Assembly (NCBI GenBank): GCA_041640035.1 | Contig: JBEQBC010000006.1 | Span: 1-34,657 of the forward strand | Direction of reading: 5' to 3' | Source of the DNA: Candidatus Nanohaloarchaea archaeon | Lineage (GTDB): Archaea > Nanohalarchaeota > Nanosalinia > Nanosalinales > Nanosalinaceae | Length of the DNA stretch: 34,657 nt | Part shown: one piece after another, positions 16,005 through 25,317 of the stretch | Layout: each line of letters starts with the position of its first letter | Numbering within the stretch: position 1 is the stretch's first letter | Translations under genes and position numbers: made by a program | The notes under the pieces: generated by a model | What the model was told of the DNA's origin: nothing | The model's input: the letters and a program-made list of their open reading frames with translations, nothing else | The model's database searches: none

Positions 16005-16453
16005 TCAGAGCTTTTCAGCAATATGAAGCCTGAAAACAGGAAGAAAATACCTGTGAAAATGATTCCAAGATCAAAAGGATTCTGAGCAAACATTTTTACA
16101 CCCCAGACATATGCAAAGCCAAGTAAAACACCATTCAGTGTCCTCAAGATATTGCTTGAATTAAATCCTTGTATATCAGTCATGTATTTCTCCAAGAATG
16201 TGGGAAAGGCCAGAAGAAAAACTGTAGAAGATGATAAACCGGTGAGAAATATGAAAGATGTGAATGCAAGCAGTAATCCTGTGTAGATTCCTGTACAGCG
16301 GGAGCATAGATGAAGATCTCTACCGAAGAGGGTTACACTGTAGCATCTATCAAAGTTCTCCTCACTGTGGTGGGACAGAATGTAAGGTGCTGTCCTTTTC
16401 AGACCTTTCTTGAACTCTTCCAGTCTATCCGTAAATGTGTTCGAACTCTTCAT
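16001..16453 (-). CDS. DUF2085-family membrane protein
   Basis: LSHH..DRCY...HLCSRCTGIYTG and SNILRTLNGVLLG. Confidence 0.8.
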   Translation of the reverse strand: MKSSNTFTDRLEEFKKGLKRTAPYILSHHSEENFDRCYSVTLFGRDLHLCSRCTGIYTGLLLAFTSFIFLTGLSSSTVFLLAFPTFLEKYMTDIQGFNSSNILRTLNGVLLGFAYVWGVKMFAQNPFDLGIIFTGIFFLFSGFILLKSSD

Positions 16454-16748
16454 CAGTCTTCGTAAGGTACATTATGCCCTCTATCAGTCCCAATAAGGCT
16501 GGTATTCCTGTCCAGCTGAAGCAAAGGTAAAGAAGTCCCTGTCCTGACTGCTCAAGATAGAACTTGTGTACTCCCAAGGTTCCCAGGAGGATTGCAAGTA
16601 TTCCTGCTGTCACACGGTCTTTACCACCCTGGATATCTGGCTTTTGCCGTACTCCACATTCAGGGCAGATTTCTGCTTCTTCATCTATGACTTCGCCGCA
16701 TGAACTGCAGTATTTCTCTCCTTCGCCTGCTTCTTCTTTCTCTGACAT
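16425..16748 (-). CDS. Zinc-ribbon + TM2 domain membrane protein
   Basis: KYCSSCGEVI..EICPECG; KDRVTAGILAILLGTLGVHKFYL; start ATG at 16748. Confidence 0.9.
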   Translation of the reverse strand: MSEKEEAGEGEKYCSSCGEVIDEEAEICPECGVRQKPDIQGGKDRVTAGILAILLGTLGVHKFYLEQSGQGLLYLCFSWTGIPALLGLIEGIMYLTKTDEEFEHIYG

Positions 16749-16874
16749 ACTTGAAACCGTTAATTCAGCTATTTTAAGTTTTTTCCTCAGTATTCTGTAT
16801 TTTATCCTACGCAACTCGTAAGCTTATTTAAAGATAAACCCGGCTATTGAGCATGTAAGGTGTAAAAAACAAAA

Positions 16875-17036
16875 ATGGCGCAGAGATTCGAAGAAGCTGA
16901 AGAAAGAGTGTTCGACAATGTCTATGTCTGCAGGAGATGTAACGCTAAGAATAAGACACAGAATCCGGAGAACACTACATGCAGAAAGTGCGGTTACAAG
17001 CACTTGAGAGCGAAGAACAAGGACTTCGCAGGATAA
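16875..17036 (+). CDS. rpl40e: 50S ribosomal protein L40e
   Basis: Hand-translated [53 protein letters not shown]; CxxCNA...CRKCGY..LR.K signature. Confidence 0.95.
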   Translation: MAQRFEEAEERVFDNVYVCRRCNAKNKTQNPENTTCRKCGYKHLRAKNKDFAG

Positions 17037-17101
17037 ATCAAATTCCCCTTGATAATAAATTTTTTCTCTATATTTTCTCAATAGATTCCCTTAGACTTCA
17101 C

Positions 17102-18298
17102 TTATTCATATCTTAGTGCTTCTGCCGGTTCTAGGTTAGCTGCTCTTCTCGCAGGAAGCACTCCTGACAAGATTCCCAGTGCTATTGAGAAGATCATAGC
17201 ACCGCCTAGGAGGCCAGGTCCAAGGTAAGGTGAGATGCTGAGGGTTGAGAACTGGGTCATGCCGAAGGCTCCAAGCCACGAAAGAGATACTCCGAATATT
17301 ACTCCTGTAAGTCCGCCCAGGAAGCCGATCACTGCGGATTCAAGCAGGAATACGAACATGATCTGTCTTTTCTGTGCGCCGATAGCCTTCATGACACCAA
17401 TCTCCCTGGTTCGCTGAGTAACTGAGGTGTACATCGTGTTCATGATTCCTACCGCTCCGACGAACAGGGAAATCGATGCTATACCAATCACAATACCGCT
17501 GACTACGCTTAGTATACTGTTGAATGATTCAAGTAGATCCTCCTCTGTTGAGACCGTGAATGTCTCTTCACCTTCCTCGACTCCTCTCTGGTTACGCATC
17601 GCTCTCTCAACATCCTCCTTTACCTCTGATGATTCACTTCCTTCATCAACCTGTGCGAAAAGCCAGTCATAACTATCTTCTCGATCCATCAGTTCTCTTG
17701 CTGGTCCCAGAGGCAGTATCATAGCGGTATCGATTGATGGATCTCCGGTAGGTTCCAGGATACCGATAACACGGTGCTTCTGACCGTCGATGTAAATATT
17801 GGATCTGATATTGATTTCATCGTCGAATACACGGTTGGCTACCTGGCTTCCCAGTACCACGCCGTACTGATCTGTGTCTCTCACCATTCTTCCGGGACCC
17901 ATCTCCATGGCCCAGCTCTCCATAACTATCTCCTGTGTATTATCCGTTGGCATACCTATTATCGGCAGGAATGTAGACTGGTCGTTGTAGGAAACCCCTG
18001 TGTTCATGAATATGGTTCCTCCGACTGCTTCCACCCCACGGACGGATCTTACGGCTATCAGATCCTGTTCGGTAAGTGCCGAGCTACCTGATCCGGAAAT
18101 ACTTCCTCCAGCGTTGATGAATATCTTGTTCCCTCCGATGGATTCGAACTCCTGTTCGATAGAGGCTTCTAGTCCCTGACCGAGAGATACAAGTGAGACG
18201 ACTGCTGTGATTCCGATGAATATACCTATCACTGTGAGTGTGGTTCTTCGTTTTCTTCGGATGATGTTTCTGAAGCTCATCTTGATGTAGTCAATCAT
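17102..18298 (-). CDS. ABC transporter permease (MacB/FtsX-like)
   Basis: RTTLTVIGIFIG, GIMNTMYTSVTQRTREIGVMKAIGA, PARRAA..PAEALRYE. Confidence 0.95.
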   Translation of the reverse strand: MIDYIKMSFRNIIRRKRRTTLTVIGIFIGITAVVSLVSLGQGLEASIEQEFESIGGNKIFINAGGSISGSGSSALTEQDLIAVRSVRGVEAVGGTIFMNTGVSYNDQSTFLPIIGMPTDNTQEIVMESWAMEMGPGRMVRDTDQYGVVLGSQVANRVFDDEINIRSNIYIDGQKHRVIGILEPTGDPSIDTAMILPLGPARELMDREDSYDWLFAQVDEGSESSEVKEDVERAMRNQRGVEEGEETFTVSTEEDLLESFNSILSVVSGIVIGIASISLFVGAVGIMNTMYTSVTQRTREIGVMKAIGAQKRQIMFVFLLESAVIGFLGGLTGVIFGVSLSWLGAFGMTQFSTLSISPYLGPGLLGGAMIFSIALGILSGVLPARRAANLEPAEALRYE

Positions 18299-19500
18299 TT
18301 TTCGTACCTCAACGCCTCCACAGGGTTCTTCTTAGCTGCTTTCCGTGCCGGGAAGAAACCTGAGATCATTCCTACAACGAAAGCGAATGTAAGTGCGCCG
18401 ATAATCAGTCCCGGGCTAGTACCTGGTGTGACCTGTATCCCTACTTGCTGCGAGATGATGCCTGAAGCTGCGAAGCTTATACCTATACCTAATATTGTTC
18501 CTAGTATTCCGCCCATCAATCCGATGATTCCGGACTCGATGAGGAATACTGTGAGTATCTGTTTTCTGGTGGCTCCGACTGCCTTCATCACACCGATTTC
18601 CTGTGTTCTCTCCGTGACTGATGTATACATCGTGTTCATGATGCCGATTCCACCGACAAGCAGGGATATTGCTCCGAGACCGACGAGGAAGCCTCGGATC
18701 AGGCTTAACTGGCTCTGGAACGAGTCGATTATATCTGAAGCAGTATTCGTTGTGAAGTCTTCTTCTCCTTCCTCAACTCCACGGGCGTTTCTCAAGCTCT
18801 GTCTGATATTTTCTTCGACTTCTCCGGGCTCGTATCCTGAGCTTATTCGGGCGGCTACACGGTCATACTCATTTTCCTTCCCGGTCACTTCCCGTGCTGC
18901 CTCCTGGTTCATCAGTATGATTTCTCCTACATTTCCGGTCGCCTCTACTAATCCGACGACCTTGTAGTCGGTGCCGTTGATTCCTAGCTGAGATCTGATG
19001 ACTACATCCCGATTGAATGTGTTCTGGGATAGTCCCTCTGATATCGCTATGTTGTATCTGTCTGCGCTTCGGAGGAATCTTCCGGCTGTTGGCTGGAAGT
19101 TCTGTGTTTCCTGTATCAGTTCCAGTCCTTCGCCAGTAGGTACGCCGATAATCGTTACATATTCGGATTGTTCTCCGTAGCTGACTCTCTGTGTTGACTG
19201 TATGATTCCTGCGACCTGTTCCACCCCTCTGGTGTTTCTGATCGCGTTCAGGTCTTCATCTTTAAGTTTGGCTGTGCTAGTTGTGAACCTTGAGGATATG
19301 CTGCTTCCTCCTGGTTCTACGAAAACCTTATCGCCTCCGAGTTCCTGGAACTGGGACTCTACACTGTTCTCAAGTCCTTGGCCGATTGAAAGAAGTGCGA
19401 CTATGGCCAGGATACCTACAAGAGTTCCAAGAATGGTGAGCCAGGAACGTTTCTTCCGGTGACTGATGTTCCTGACTGCTAGGCGGAAAAACTTGAACAT
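18295..19500 (-). CDS. ABC transporter permease (MacB/FtsX-like), tandem paralog
   Basis: RSWLTILG, GIMNTMYTSVTERTQEIGVMKAVGA, PARKAAKKNPVEALRYE. Confidence 0.95.
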   Translation of the reverse strand: MFKFFRLAVRNISHRKKRSWLTILGTLVGILAIVALLSIGQGLENSVESQFQELGGDKVFVEPGGSSISSRFTTSTAKLKDEDLNAIRNTRGVEQVAGIIQSTQRVSYGEQSEYVTIIGVPTGEGLELIQETQNFQPTAGRFLRSADRYNIAISEGLSQNTFNRDVVIRSQLGINGTDYKVVGLVEATGNVGEIILMNQEAAREVTGKENEYDRVAARISSGYEPGEVEENIRQSLRNARGVEEGEEDFTTNTASDIIDSFQSQLSLIRGFLVGLGAISLLVGGIGIMNTMYTSVTERTQEIGVMKAVGATRKQILTVFLIESGIIGLMGGILGTILGIGISFAASGIISQQVGIQVTPGTSPGLIIGALTFAFVVGMISGFFPARKAAKKNPVEALRYEK

Positions 19501-19507
19501 GGGTTAC

Positions 19508-20695
19508 TTACCTTCTTTTTCTCCAGTAGTAAACTGCTCCTGCACCGATAACCAGTACAGCTACAATCGGAAGCACTGGACTACTCGAAGATGTGCTGTA
19601 TAGTTGGCTTTCCTCTGCTGTCAGTACATTTACTTCGACATCTTCTGTGAATGTCTGTTCCTGTCCGTTTTCCTGGTATGTTACCTGTACTGGTAGAGTG
19701 ATGGAGTCTGTTCCTTCTTCTGTGTAGACTGTTGTCTCTGCTGTCTGGTAATCATCACTGCTCATGTCTCCAAGGTAGACACTTCTACCTGTACGGATTG
19801 TGTAGTCCTCTGATTCCTGTACCTCTACTTTGACGAACTTTGCTGTTCCTTCTCCACGGTTGACAAACCTGAAGTTCACTGCGCCGGTTGTTCCCGCGTT
19901 TATCTCTCCGTCATCACTTAGTCCTACTTCTACCTGTGGAGCTCCACCTACAACAATTCCTGTGGTTGCTGACTGTGTAAGGCTTGCTCCTCCCTCGTTC
20001 TCGTAGTTCATCTGGATTGGCATGCTGTAGACACCGTTTTCTGCTGATTCATCTACATTCAATTGGTAGCTAAGTGTTTCCGTCTGATCCGGTGCGATAC
20101 TGCTGATTCTCCGGGTTGATGTACCTGATACGACTACAGGGGTCTGTGCCGAAGGGTTGAGTGATAAGTCGATGTTTCTGAAATGTGCGTTCGCTGTGTT
20201 TTCGATAGTTACATTCATCTGGTTCGATGTTCCTGATGCTACATCCTCCGGGAACTGGACTTTATTGATGAGAAGTCCGTCATCATCTGCCTTCAGTTCG
20301 ACGGGTAGACGCTTGTTGTAAGTTGAGTCATCGGTTTCTACCTCGATCTTGAGGCTGTCTTCTCTCTGTACTGCGTTTGCGTCTACACGGATCTGCATCC
20401 GGAACTCGTAGCTGTCTCCGGATTCAAGTTTGGCTATACCCCATTCCTTCTTGTTGTCCGGATCTACGGAGAAAGGATATTCATCATTGAATCTTACTGA
20501 TACATTTTCGAAGTCTTCGTCAAGTGTGTTGGTTACCTTGAATCTGACTTCTGCGTACTGCCCTATTTTGAGCGGTGAGGGCTCCGCGGTCATTTTCTGA
20601 ACTGTGATTCCCTGGTTTGTGTTCTGTGCTGCTGCAAATCCTGAGAACAGGATTAGAAGTGTAAGTGCTGTTGTGAGTCGTTTCATAGTATTCAT
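19508..20695 (-). CDS. COG1361 S-layer-domain / CARDB-like membrane-anchored accessory protein
   Basis: Signal peptide, three Ig-like repeats, C-terminal TM helix followed by WRKRR; typical position in archaeal MacB-type operons. Confidence 0.85.
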   Translation of the reverse strand: MNTMKRLTTALTLLILFSGFAAAQNTNQGITVQKMTAEPSPLKIGQYAEVRFKVTNTLDEDFENVSVRFNDEYPFSVDPDNKKEWGIAKLESGDSYEFRMQIRVDANAVQREDSLKIEVETDDSTYNKRLPVELKADDDGLLINKVQFPEDVASGTSNQMNVTIENTANAHFRNIDLSLNPSAQTPVVVSGTSTRRISSIAPDQTETLSYQLNVDESAENGVYSMPIQMNYENEGGASLTQSATTGIVVGGAPQVEVGLSDDGEINAGTTGAVNFRFVNRGEGTAKFVKVEVQESEDYTIRTGRSVYLGDMSSDDYQTAETTVYTEEGTDSITLPVQVTYQENGQEQTFTEDVEVNVLTAEESQLYSTSSSSPVLPIVAVLVIGAGAVYYWRKRR

Positions 20696-20699
20696 TTTT

Positions 20700-21419
20700 T
20701 TAGTCACCTGTTACGCGTGAAGTGTATTCATAGTCGTCTTCTTTTTCTTTCCGTGTGGTTACGCCGTCCGTGATATCTACGATGTACTCTGCATACTGTG
20801 CGTCGTGTGGATCGTGTGTAACCATGATGATGGTTTTTCCTTCGTCTTCGTTGAGTTCTTTCAGCAGGTCCATTACGCTGTCTCCGGTTTCTGTATCAAG
20901 GTTTCCTGTTGGTTCGTCCGCGAGGATGATGTCCGGATCGTTGATCAGTGAGCGGGCGATAGATACTCTCTGCTGTTGTCCTCCTGACAGTTCTGAAGGC
21001 ATATGATCAAGTCTGTCGCCAAGCCCCATGCGGTCAAGTAGTTCTTTGCTTCTTTCCAGTCTTTCCTTCCTTGAACCTCCTCTGAAGAGCATAGGTAGTG
21101 CGACATTTTCCTGTGCTGTCATAGAAGGTATGAGGTTGAATTTCTGGAAAACAAATCCTACTTTTTCTGATCTAAGTAACGCGAGTTCGTCCTCTGAAAG
21201 GTCCAGAAGGTTGTTGTCGTCAAGTTCTACCCGTCCAGATGTAGGTACATCTAATGCTCCGACCATGTTCATCAAGGTGGATTTTCCTGAGCCTGAAGGC
21301 CCCATTATGGCGACAAAATCGCCGCTTTCTATCTCTAAGTTGCTTCCTCGGAGAGCTTTGACGGTGTTCTCGCCCATCTGGTATTCTTTGATTACATCTT
21401 CCAGTTCTATCAGAGCCAT
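20700..21419 (-). CDS. ABC transporter ATP-binding protein (LolD/MacB-like)
   Basis: GPSGSGKST, LSGGQQQRV, ILADEPTGNLD, VTHD. Confidence 0.97.
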   Translation of the reverse strand: MALIELEDVIKEYQMGENTVKALRGSNLEIESGDFVAIMGPSGSGKSTLMNMVGALDVPTSGRVELDDNNLLDLSEDELALLRSEKVGFVFQKFNLIPSMTAQENVALPMLFRGGSRKERLERSKELLDRMGLGDRLDHMPSELSGGQQQRVSIARSLINDPDIILADEPTGNLDTETGDSVMDLLKELNEDEGKTIIMVTHDPHDAQYAEYIVDITDGVTTRKEKEDDYEYTSRVTGD

Positions 21420-21461
21420 CTGTTACTTTGTTTAAATGGTAGGTTTATCAAGGCTTTGGAA

Positions 21462-21483
21462 AAATTCGGTTTTTACCGAATTT
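21462..21483. promoter_or_regulatory. Perfect inverted-repeat operator between divergent promoters
   Basis: AAATTCGGT-TTTT-ACCGAATTT (9-bp arms). Confidence 0.75.
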
Positions 21484-21522
21484 ACTGTTTTATATATTTC
21501 TTACCCGAAAAAACAATACATA

Positions 21523-22038
21523 ATGTCTCAAAACGAAGATCCTGTCGAAACAGTTATCCGGGCACTGGAGGATGTAGCCGAGGTATACGGCTTCCGTCAA
21601 AGCTACGCAAGGATCTACGGCACACTCTACTTCAAGACCGAACCAACCACTATGGACGAACTAGTGGAGGAGACAGGGTTCGCCAAATCAACAGTTTCAG
21701 ATGCCTTGAATGCTCTCGAAGAACTACATATGGCCTACAGCGAGAAAAAAGAAGGTCACGGTAAAACCAAGTTCTATACAGCAGAGGAAGACTTGGAAGA
21801 AGTTATGCAGAAATTCATGGAGAACCAGGCATCCCGAGAGATGGAGATAATGCTTGAAGCACTGGAAGAAGCCAAACAACAGGCAGATGAAGAAAGCACC
21901 GAATACCGGAATATAGAGAACCTACAAAGCTTCTACCAGCGATCAAAGAAATTCATGAAAGTCATGATGAAAATGCCAAAAGGAAACAAATTCTCCAAAC
22001 TAACCGACAAGATTAAGAATACACTCGGAAACAGCTGA
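21523..22038 (+). CDS. GbsR/MarR-family (MJ1563-like) transcriptional regulator
   Basis: YGFRQSYARIYGTLYFKTEPTTMDELVEETGFAKSTVSDAL; start ATG at 21523. Confidence 0.9.
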   Translation: MSQNEDPVETVIRALEDVAEVYGFRQSYARIYGTLYFKTEPTTMDELVEETGFAKSTVSDALNALEELHMAYSEKKEGHGKTKFYTAEEDLEEVMQKFMENQASREMEIMLEALEEAKQQADEESTEYRNIENLQSFYQRSKKFMKVMMKMPKGNKFSKLTDKIKNTLGNS

Positions 22039-22098
22039 AAAATCCTCCCCACTCCATTTAAAGAAATTACACTTCAACCACTAAAACACACAAGTATT

Positions 22099-22170
<72 letters not shown>

Positions 22171-22192
22171 TTCTAGCCTCATCAAAGCGAGT

Positions 22193-23302
22193 TCATAGTA
22201 GATTTAGGATAGATTCTAGGAATTCTCTTATATTGTCTATAGAGTTATTTCTATTTTTCTCGTGCCATAGGTGGCTGGTGGTATTGACTCTTCCATTTTT
22301 CATTAGCCAGTCTGGATCTTCTTCACCTATGTGTATCCGTGCTTTCCATTTCAATTCTGTTTTGTTTTCTTCTCGTGGCTCTATATCTTCTTTCGTCAGG
22401 TTATATCCAAGTACTACATCTTTTCGTAAGTTTACAGGATCTATCTCATAGCATATCTTTCCTGAACGAGTTGCGACATCTTTGAGAACAACAGTTTCCG
22501 CTTTATTGTTTTCTCCTCTGGTCGTTGATTTCAGCCAACCTTTGCCATCAAGGTTTTCCCTTAGAGTCTGGTTGGTCTTAACACCGTGTTTCAGTACGGA
22601 GTAGGCTGTATTATTTGAAGCTTTAATTTTTGCCGCTATAGTCTCTCCTTTCTGTACTTCGAAAGAAAGAATTTCTTCCTCTCCTGTACGGATTTCTCCT
22701 TGATAAACACCAGATGAGAGCGACTTTCTTTCAGTTGATTCACATTTATTGCTGCTCTTTGGTTTTACAGAGTCCTCACTAAAGTCAAAGTTGTTGTATT
22801 CACAGTAATGAGGCAGATTTTGTCCTGAGCAAAGTTTTTGAGTTATATTAGATTCGAATACTTTTTCTTCATCCTTCATCACTCTGATTTCTCGTGCAGA
22901 GTAATTGTTCGGAAAGAGGAATGTATGTGTATCAGGGTAGTATCTGTCTGTTTCTATACTCCAAGTTCCGTTTGAATACTGTTCATCTGAAACCTGAGTT
23001 TCCCAAAGTCTGAAATATTTTTCATCAACAATTTCTCCGTCTTCATTAACTAGCTGAACTTTGCCATGTGGCTCCCCGCTTATACCCCTAGTTAGAAATC
23101 CCTTGTTCTTAAGGCTCTCATTTATTCCAATATCCGTAATTTCAGGAGTTGATACATTATTAATTTTCATTTCAACTACTAGAGTGCCGTTTACAGGAGA
23201 TTGTTTAGAATCGTAGTCTACTTGAGCGATACTCAAGGCCATTGCTGAGCTTGAGAGAAAACTTAGAGAAATTACTAGTATAAACAGCTTAGATCGAAAC
23301 AT
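22193..23302 (-). CDS. Secreted multi-domain beta-rich protein
   Basis: Signal peptide ending SSAMA; several Cys residues; C-terminal amphipathic IREFLESILNLL. Confidence 0.75.
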   Translation of the reverse strand: MFRSKLFILVISLSFLSSSAMALSIAQVDYDSKQSPVNGTLVVEMKINNVSTPEITDIGINESLKNKGFLTRGISGEPHGKVQLVNEDGEIVDEKYFRLWETQVSDEQYSNGTWSIETDRYYPDTHTFLFPNNYSAREIRVMKDEEKVFESNITQKLCSGQNLPHYCEYNNFDFSEDSVKPKSSNKCESTERKSLSSGVYQGEIRTGEEEILSFEVQKGETIAAKIKASNNTAYSVLKHGVKTNQTLRENLDGKGWLKSTTRGENNKAETVVLKDVATRSGKICYEIDPVNLRKDVVLGYNLTKEDIEPREENKTELKWKARIHIGEEDPDWLMKNGRVNTTSHLWHEKNRNNSIDNIREFLESILNLL

Positions 23303-23383
23303 AAACCTAATTCAATATCTGAAATAATTAATTATTTTTCCCTTAGGCAATTCGATAAATGCTGTTTTAAGAAGAAAATAAAA

Positions 23384-23971
23384 TCAGTCGCCGTAAAACC
23401 ATGTTTCTCCTTCAGGCTTGGCGACTCTTTCCGCTTCGGCTCTTATCTGTATAGGATCAACGATGTCGTCGTACTGGGTGAGGAACTGTGAGGTGACTAG
23501 GTCGAATGAATCCTTTTTGAAAGGCAGATTTTCTGCATCTCCTGTGACTAGCTCGGTTTCTTCAGGTAGTTCTGTCTCACGCTGCATCGGCGTTTTCAGA
23601 CTGCTGTGGATTCCTCTGGCTGCGTCGTATACTGCTTTCAGATAGTCTCCACCTTCTATTTCATCCTGCACCTGATCTGCTGTTCGTTGAAGCCCGTCAG
23701 CTGCGAGCTGGAGATCGTTCATTTCTGTTCTTCTCAGGACTTCTTCGTTGATATCTACGCCAATTATCTCGAATTCCTCGACACCCCGATTGTACAGCTG
23801 GTCAGCTATTTCTTCCATGTAGGCTGCGCCTCCGCATCCGATATCGAGCACGCGGTAGGTATCATCTCCATCATAATCAATGTCTTCAAAGTCGTAGTTA
23901 TGAATGGTCCTGGATGTCGAACGGATTCCTCTTTTAGACATTATTTCATCATTCCATGGAAACCCAGTCAT
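23384..23971 (-). CDS. Class I SAM-dependent methyltransferase with internal helical insertion
   Basis: VLDIGCGG, IIGVDI, GDAENLPFKKDSFDLVTS, RVAKPEG. Confidence 0.85.
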   Translation of the reverse strand: MTGFPWNDEIMSKRGIRSTSRTIHNYDFEDIDYDGDDTYRVLDIGCGGAAYMEEIADQLYNRGVEEFEIIGVDINEEVLRRTEMNDLQLAADGLQRTADQVQDEIEGGDYLKAVYDAARGIHSSLKTPMQRETELPEETELVTGDAENLPFKKDSFDLVTSQFLTQYDDIVDPIQIRAEAERVAKPEGETWFYGD

Positions 23972-24017
23972 AATGTAATTATTGTAGAATAACAAATATA
24001 GGTTTTTTGGTTTTATA

Positions 24018-24044
24018 CCCGGAGAATACCTAGTTATTTCCGGG
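24018..24044. repeat. Intergenic hairpin / inverted repeat
   Basis: CCCGGA(G)AATA-CCTAGT-TATTTCCGGG: 10 bp with one bulge, just past the stop of 24047..24628. Confidence 0.5.
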
Positions 24045-24046
24045 AT

Positions 24047-24628
24047 TCAATGTTTTAGGTCGTTCACAGCTTCTATCCTGTTTTCAATACTGTTGTAGTA
24101 TCCTAGCGCGGAAACATTTCTAGTCTTCTTTTCTCGTTTCTTCAACCTTTTGTAGAAGTCTATGTACTTCTGTCTTTCGTAACCGTTCTCTATCTCCTTT
24201 TTCTTGGTATGTTCACTTGAGTCCCGTATGAAAATATACTCTCCTATCTCTGCTGCTATAATAGGTGTTCTTGGCGTCTCTAATACATGAAAACGGACCT
24301 CTTCATTGTTTGTCTCTATCTCGAGTCCATCCTCTATTATCCTAGTGTTCAGATCCGGGAACTCCATCCCTTCAATATTTTCCACTAAAACTATCGTATC
24401 TTTCCTGATTGACCCCCAGATTTTCTCAATCGCTAGCTCCGTCTGATCACAATCTGTAAGTGCTACGATGACTGAACGGGATTGAGGTTCCAGAATCTTA
24501 TTCATTCTCTGATCGCCGGTGCCATCACCTACACCTACCAGGATTTCATCGTTGTAGGAGTAAATCGGCGGATAATCCTGATGCACCAAATCTTTTTGCT
24601 GGAGCTCCGAGGTAAGATTCTTGACCAC
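24047..24628 (-). CDS. Hypothetical protein, possibly a degenerate metallo-beta-lactamase fold
   Basis: Ordered remnants ILVGVG, ALTDCDQTE, VLETPRTP and YIFIRD parallel the MBL motifs. Confidence 0.55.
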   Translation of the reverse strand: MVKNLTSELQQKDLVHQDYPPIYSYNDEILVGVGDGTGDQRMNKILEPQSRSVIVALTDCDQTELAIEKIWGSIRKDTIVLVENIEGMEFPDLNTRIIEDGLEIETNNEEVRFHVLETPRTPIIAAEIGEYIFIRDSSEHTKKKEIENGYERQKYIDFYKRLKKREKKTRNVSALGYYNSIENRIEAVNDLKH

Positions 24629-24753
24629 GAATTCAAATCACTTGGAGGACATATAAAAATCCTCCAATCTCACAGATATATCTGAACTGGCTAGAAGACT
24701 GGTTAAGGAGTTAAAGCTTTTCTCAAAAGGTTTAGATATAGAGTCCGTATCTC

Positions 24754-25317
24754 ATGATGGCTACTACGCATGGATTTCTGGGAGGGCTTCTGGCTTTACC
24801 CTTATTTGTACTTTATCCAGAGCTAGCTCTAGCAGCGTTTATCGCCGCATACATCGGAGGTGTTTTTCCCGATCTTGATCTTTACTACGGTCACAGAAGG
24901 CTTCTACACTACCCGATATACTACAGTATGGCAGCGCTGATTACTCTACCGTTCATGTTAGCCTCCCCAAATATAGCGACTATTTCTGCCTGGTTTTTCC
25001 TTGCAGGAGCTTCACTGCACTGTCTGAGCGATAAACTAGGTGGTAGTAAGGACTCTAGGCCGTGGAAGAACGACAGCGGTAAAGCAGTTTACTCCCATTA
25101 CCACGGAGAATGGTGGGAGCCCAAGAAATGGATCAGATACGACGGTTCACCTGAAGACTTTCTTATCATGCTTATTGCCTCTCTGCCGGCGATTTATGTA
25201 CTCAAAGGGAACTCTCTCCTAGTTGCATTAGCCTTGATAATTATATCCTTCTTATACACTTTGTTGAGGAAGAAAGGTATGGAGATTGTGCCGAATGTAT
25301 TACTCAGGTCTCAGTAG
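24754..25317 (+). CDS. Membrane-bound metal-dependent hydrolase (YdjM/DUF457-like)
   Basis: TTH, FPDLD, HRRLLH, SLHCLSD and RYDGSPED. Confidence 0.88.
   Translation: MMATTHGFLGGLLALPLFVLYPELALAAFIAAYIGGVFPDLDLYYGHRRLLHYPIYYSMAALITLPFMLASPNIATISAWFFLAGASLHCLSDKLGGSKDSRPWKNDSGKAVYSHYHGEWWEPKKWIRYDGSPEDFLIMLIASLPAIYVLKGNSLLVALALIIISFLYTLLRKKGMEIVPNVLLRSQ

Noticed and set aside
16824-17081. 85-aa minus-strand ORF
   Set aside because: Antisense to rpl40e, which fully explains the locus.
17370-18660. Nucleotide similarity between 17370-17460 and 18570-18660
   Set aside because: Conserved coding motif of the tandem permease paralogs, not a mobile repeat.
23322-23337. Perfect palindrome AAATAATTAATTATTT
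   Set aside because: AT-only low-complexity sequence coinciding with the promoter TATA region.
24632-24640. attR-like copy of the tRNA-Thr T-loop (TTCAAATC)
   Set aside because: Only about 8 nt of identity, expected by chance; no integrase present.
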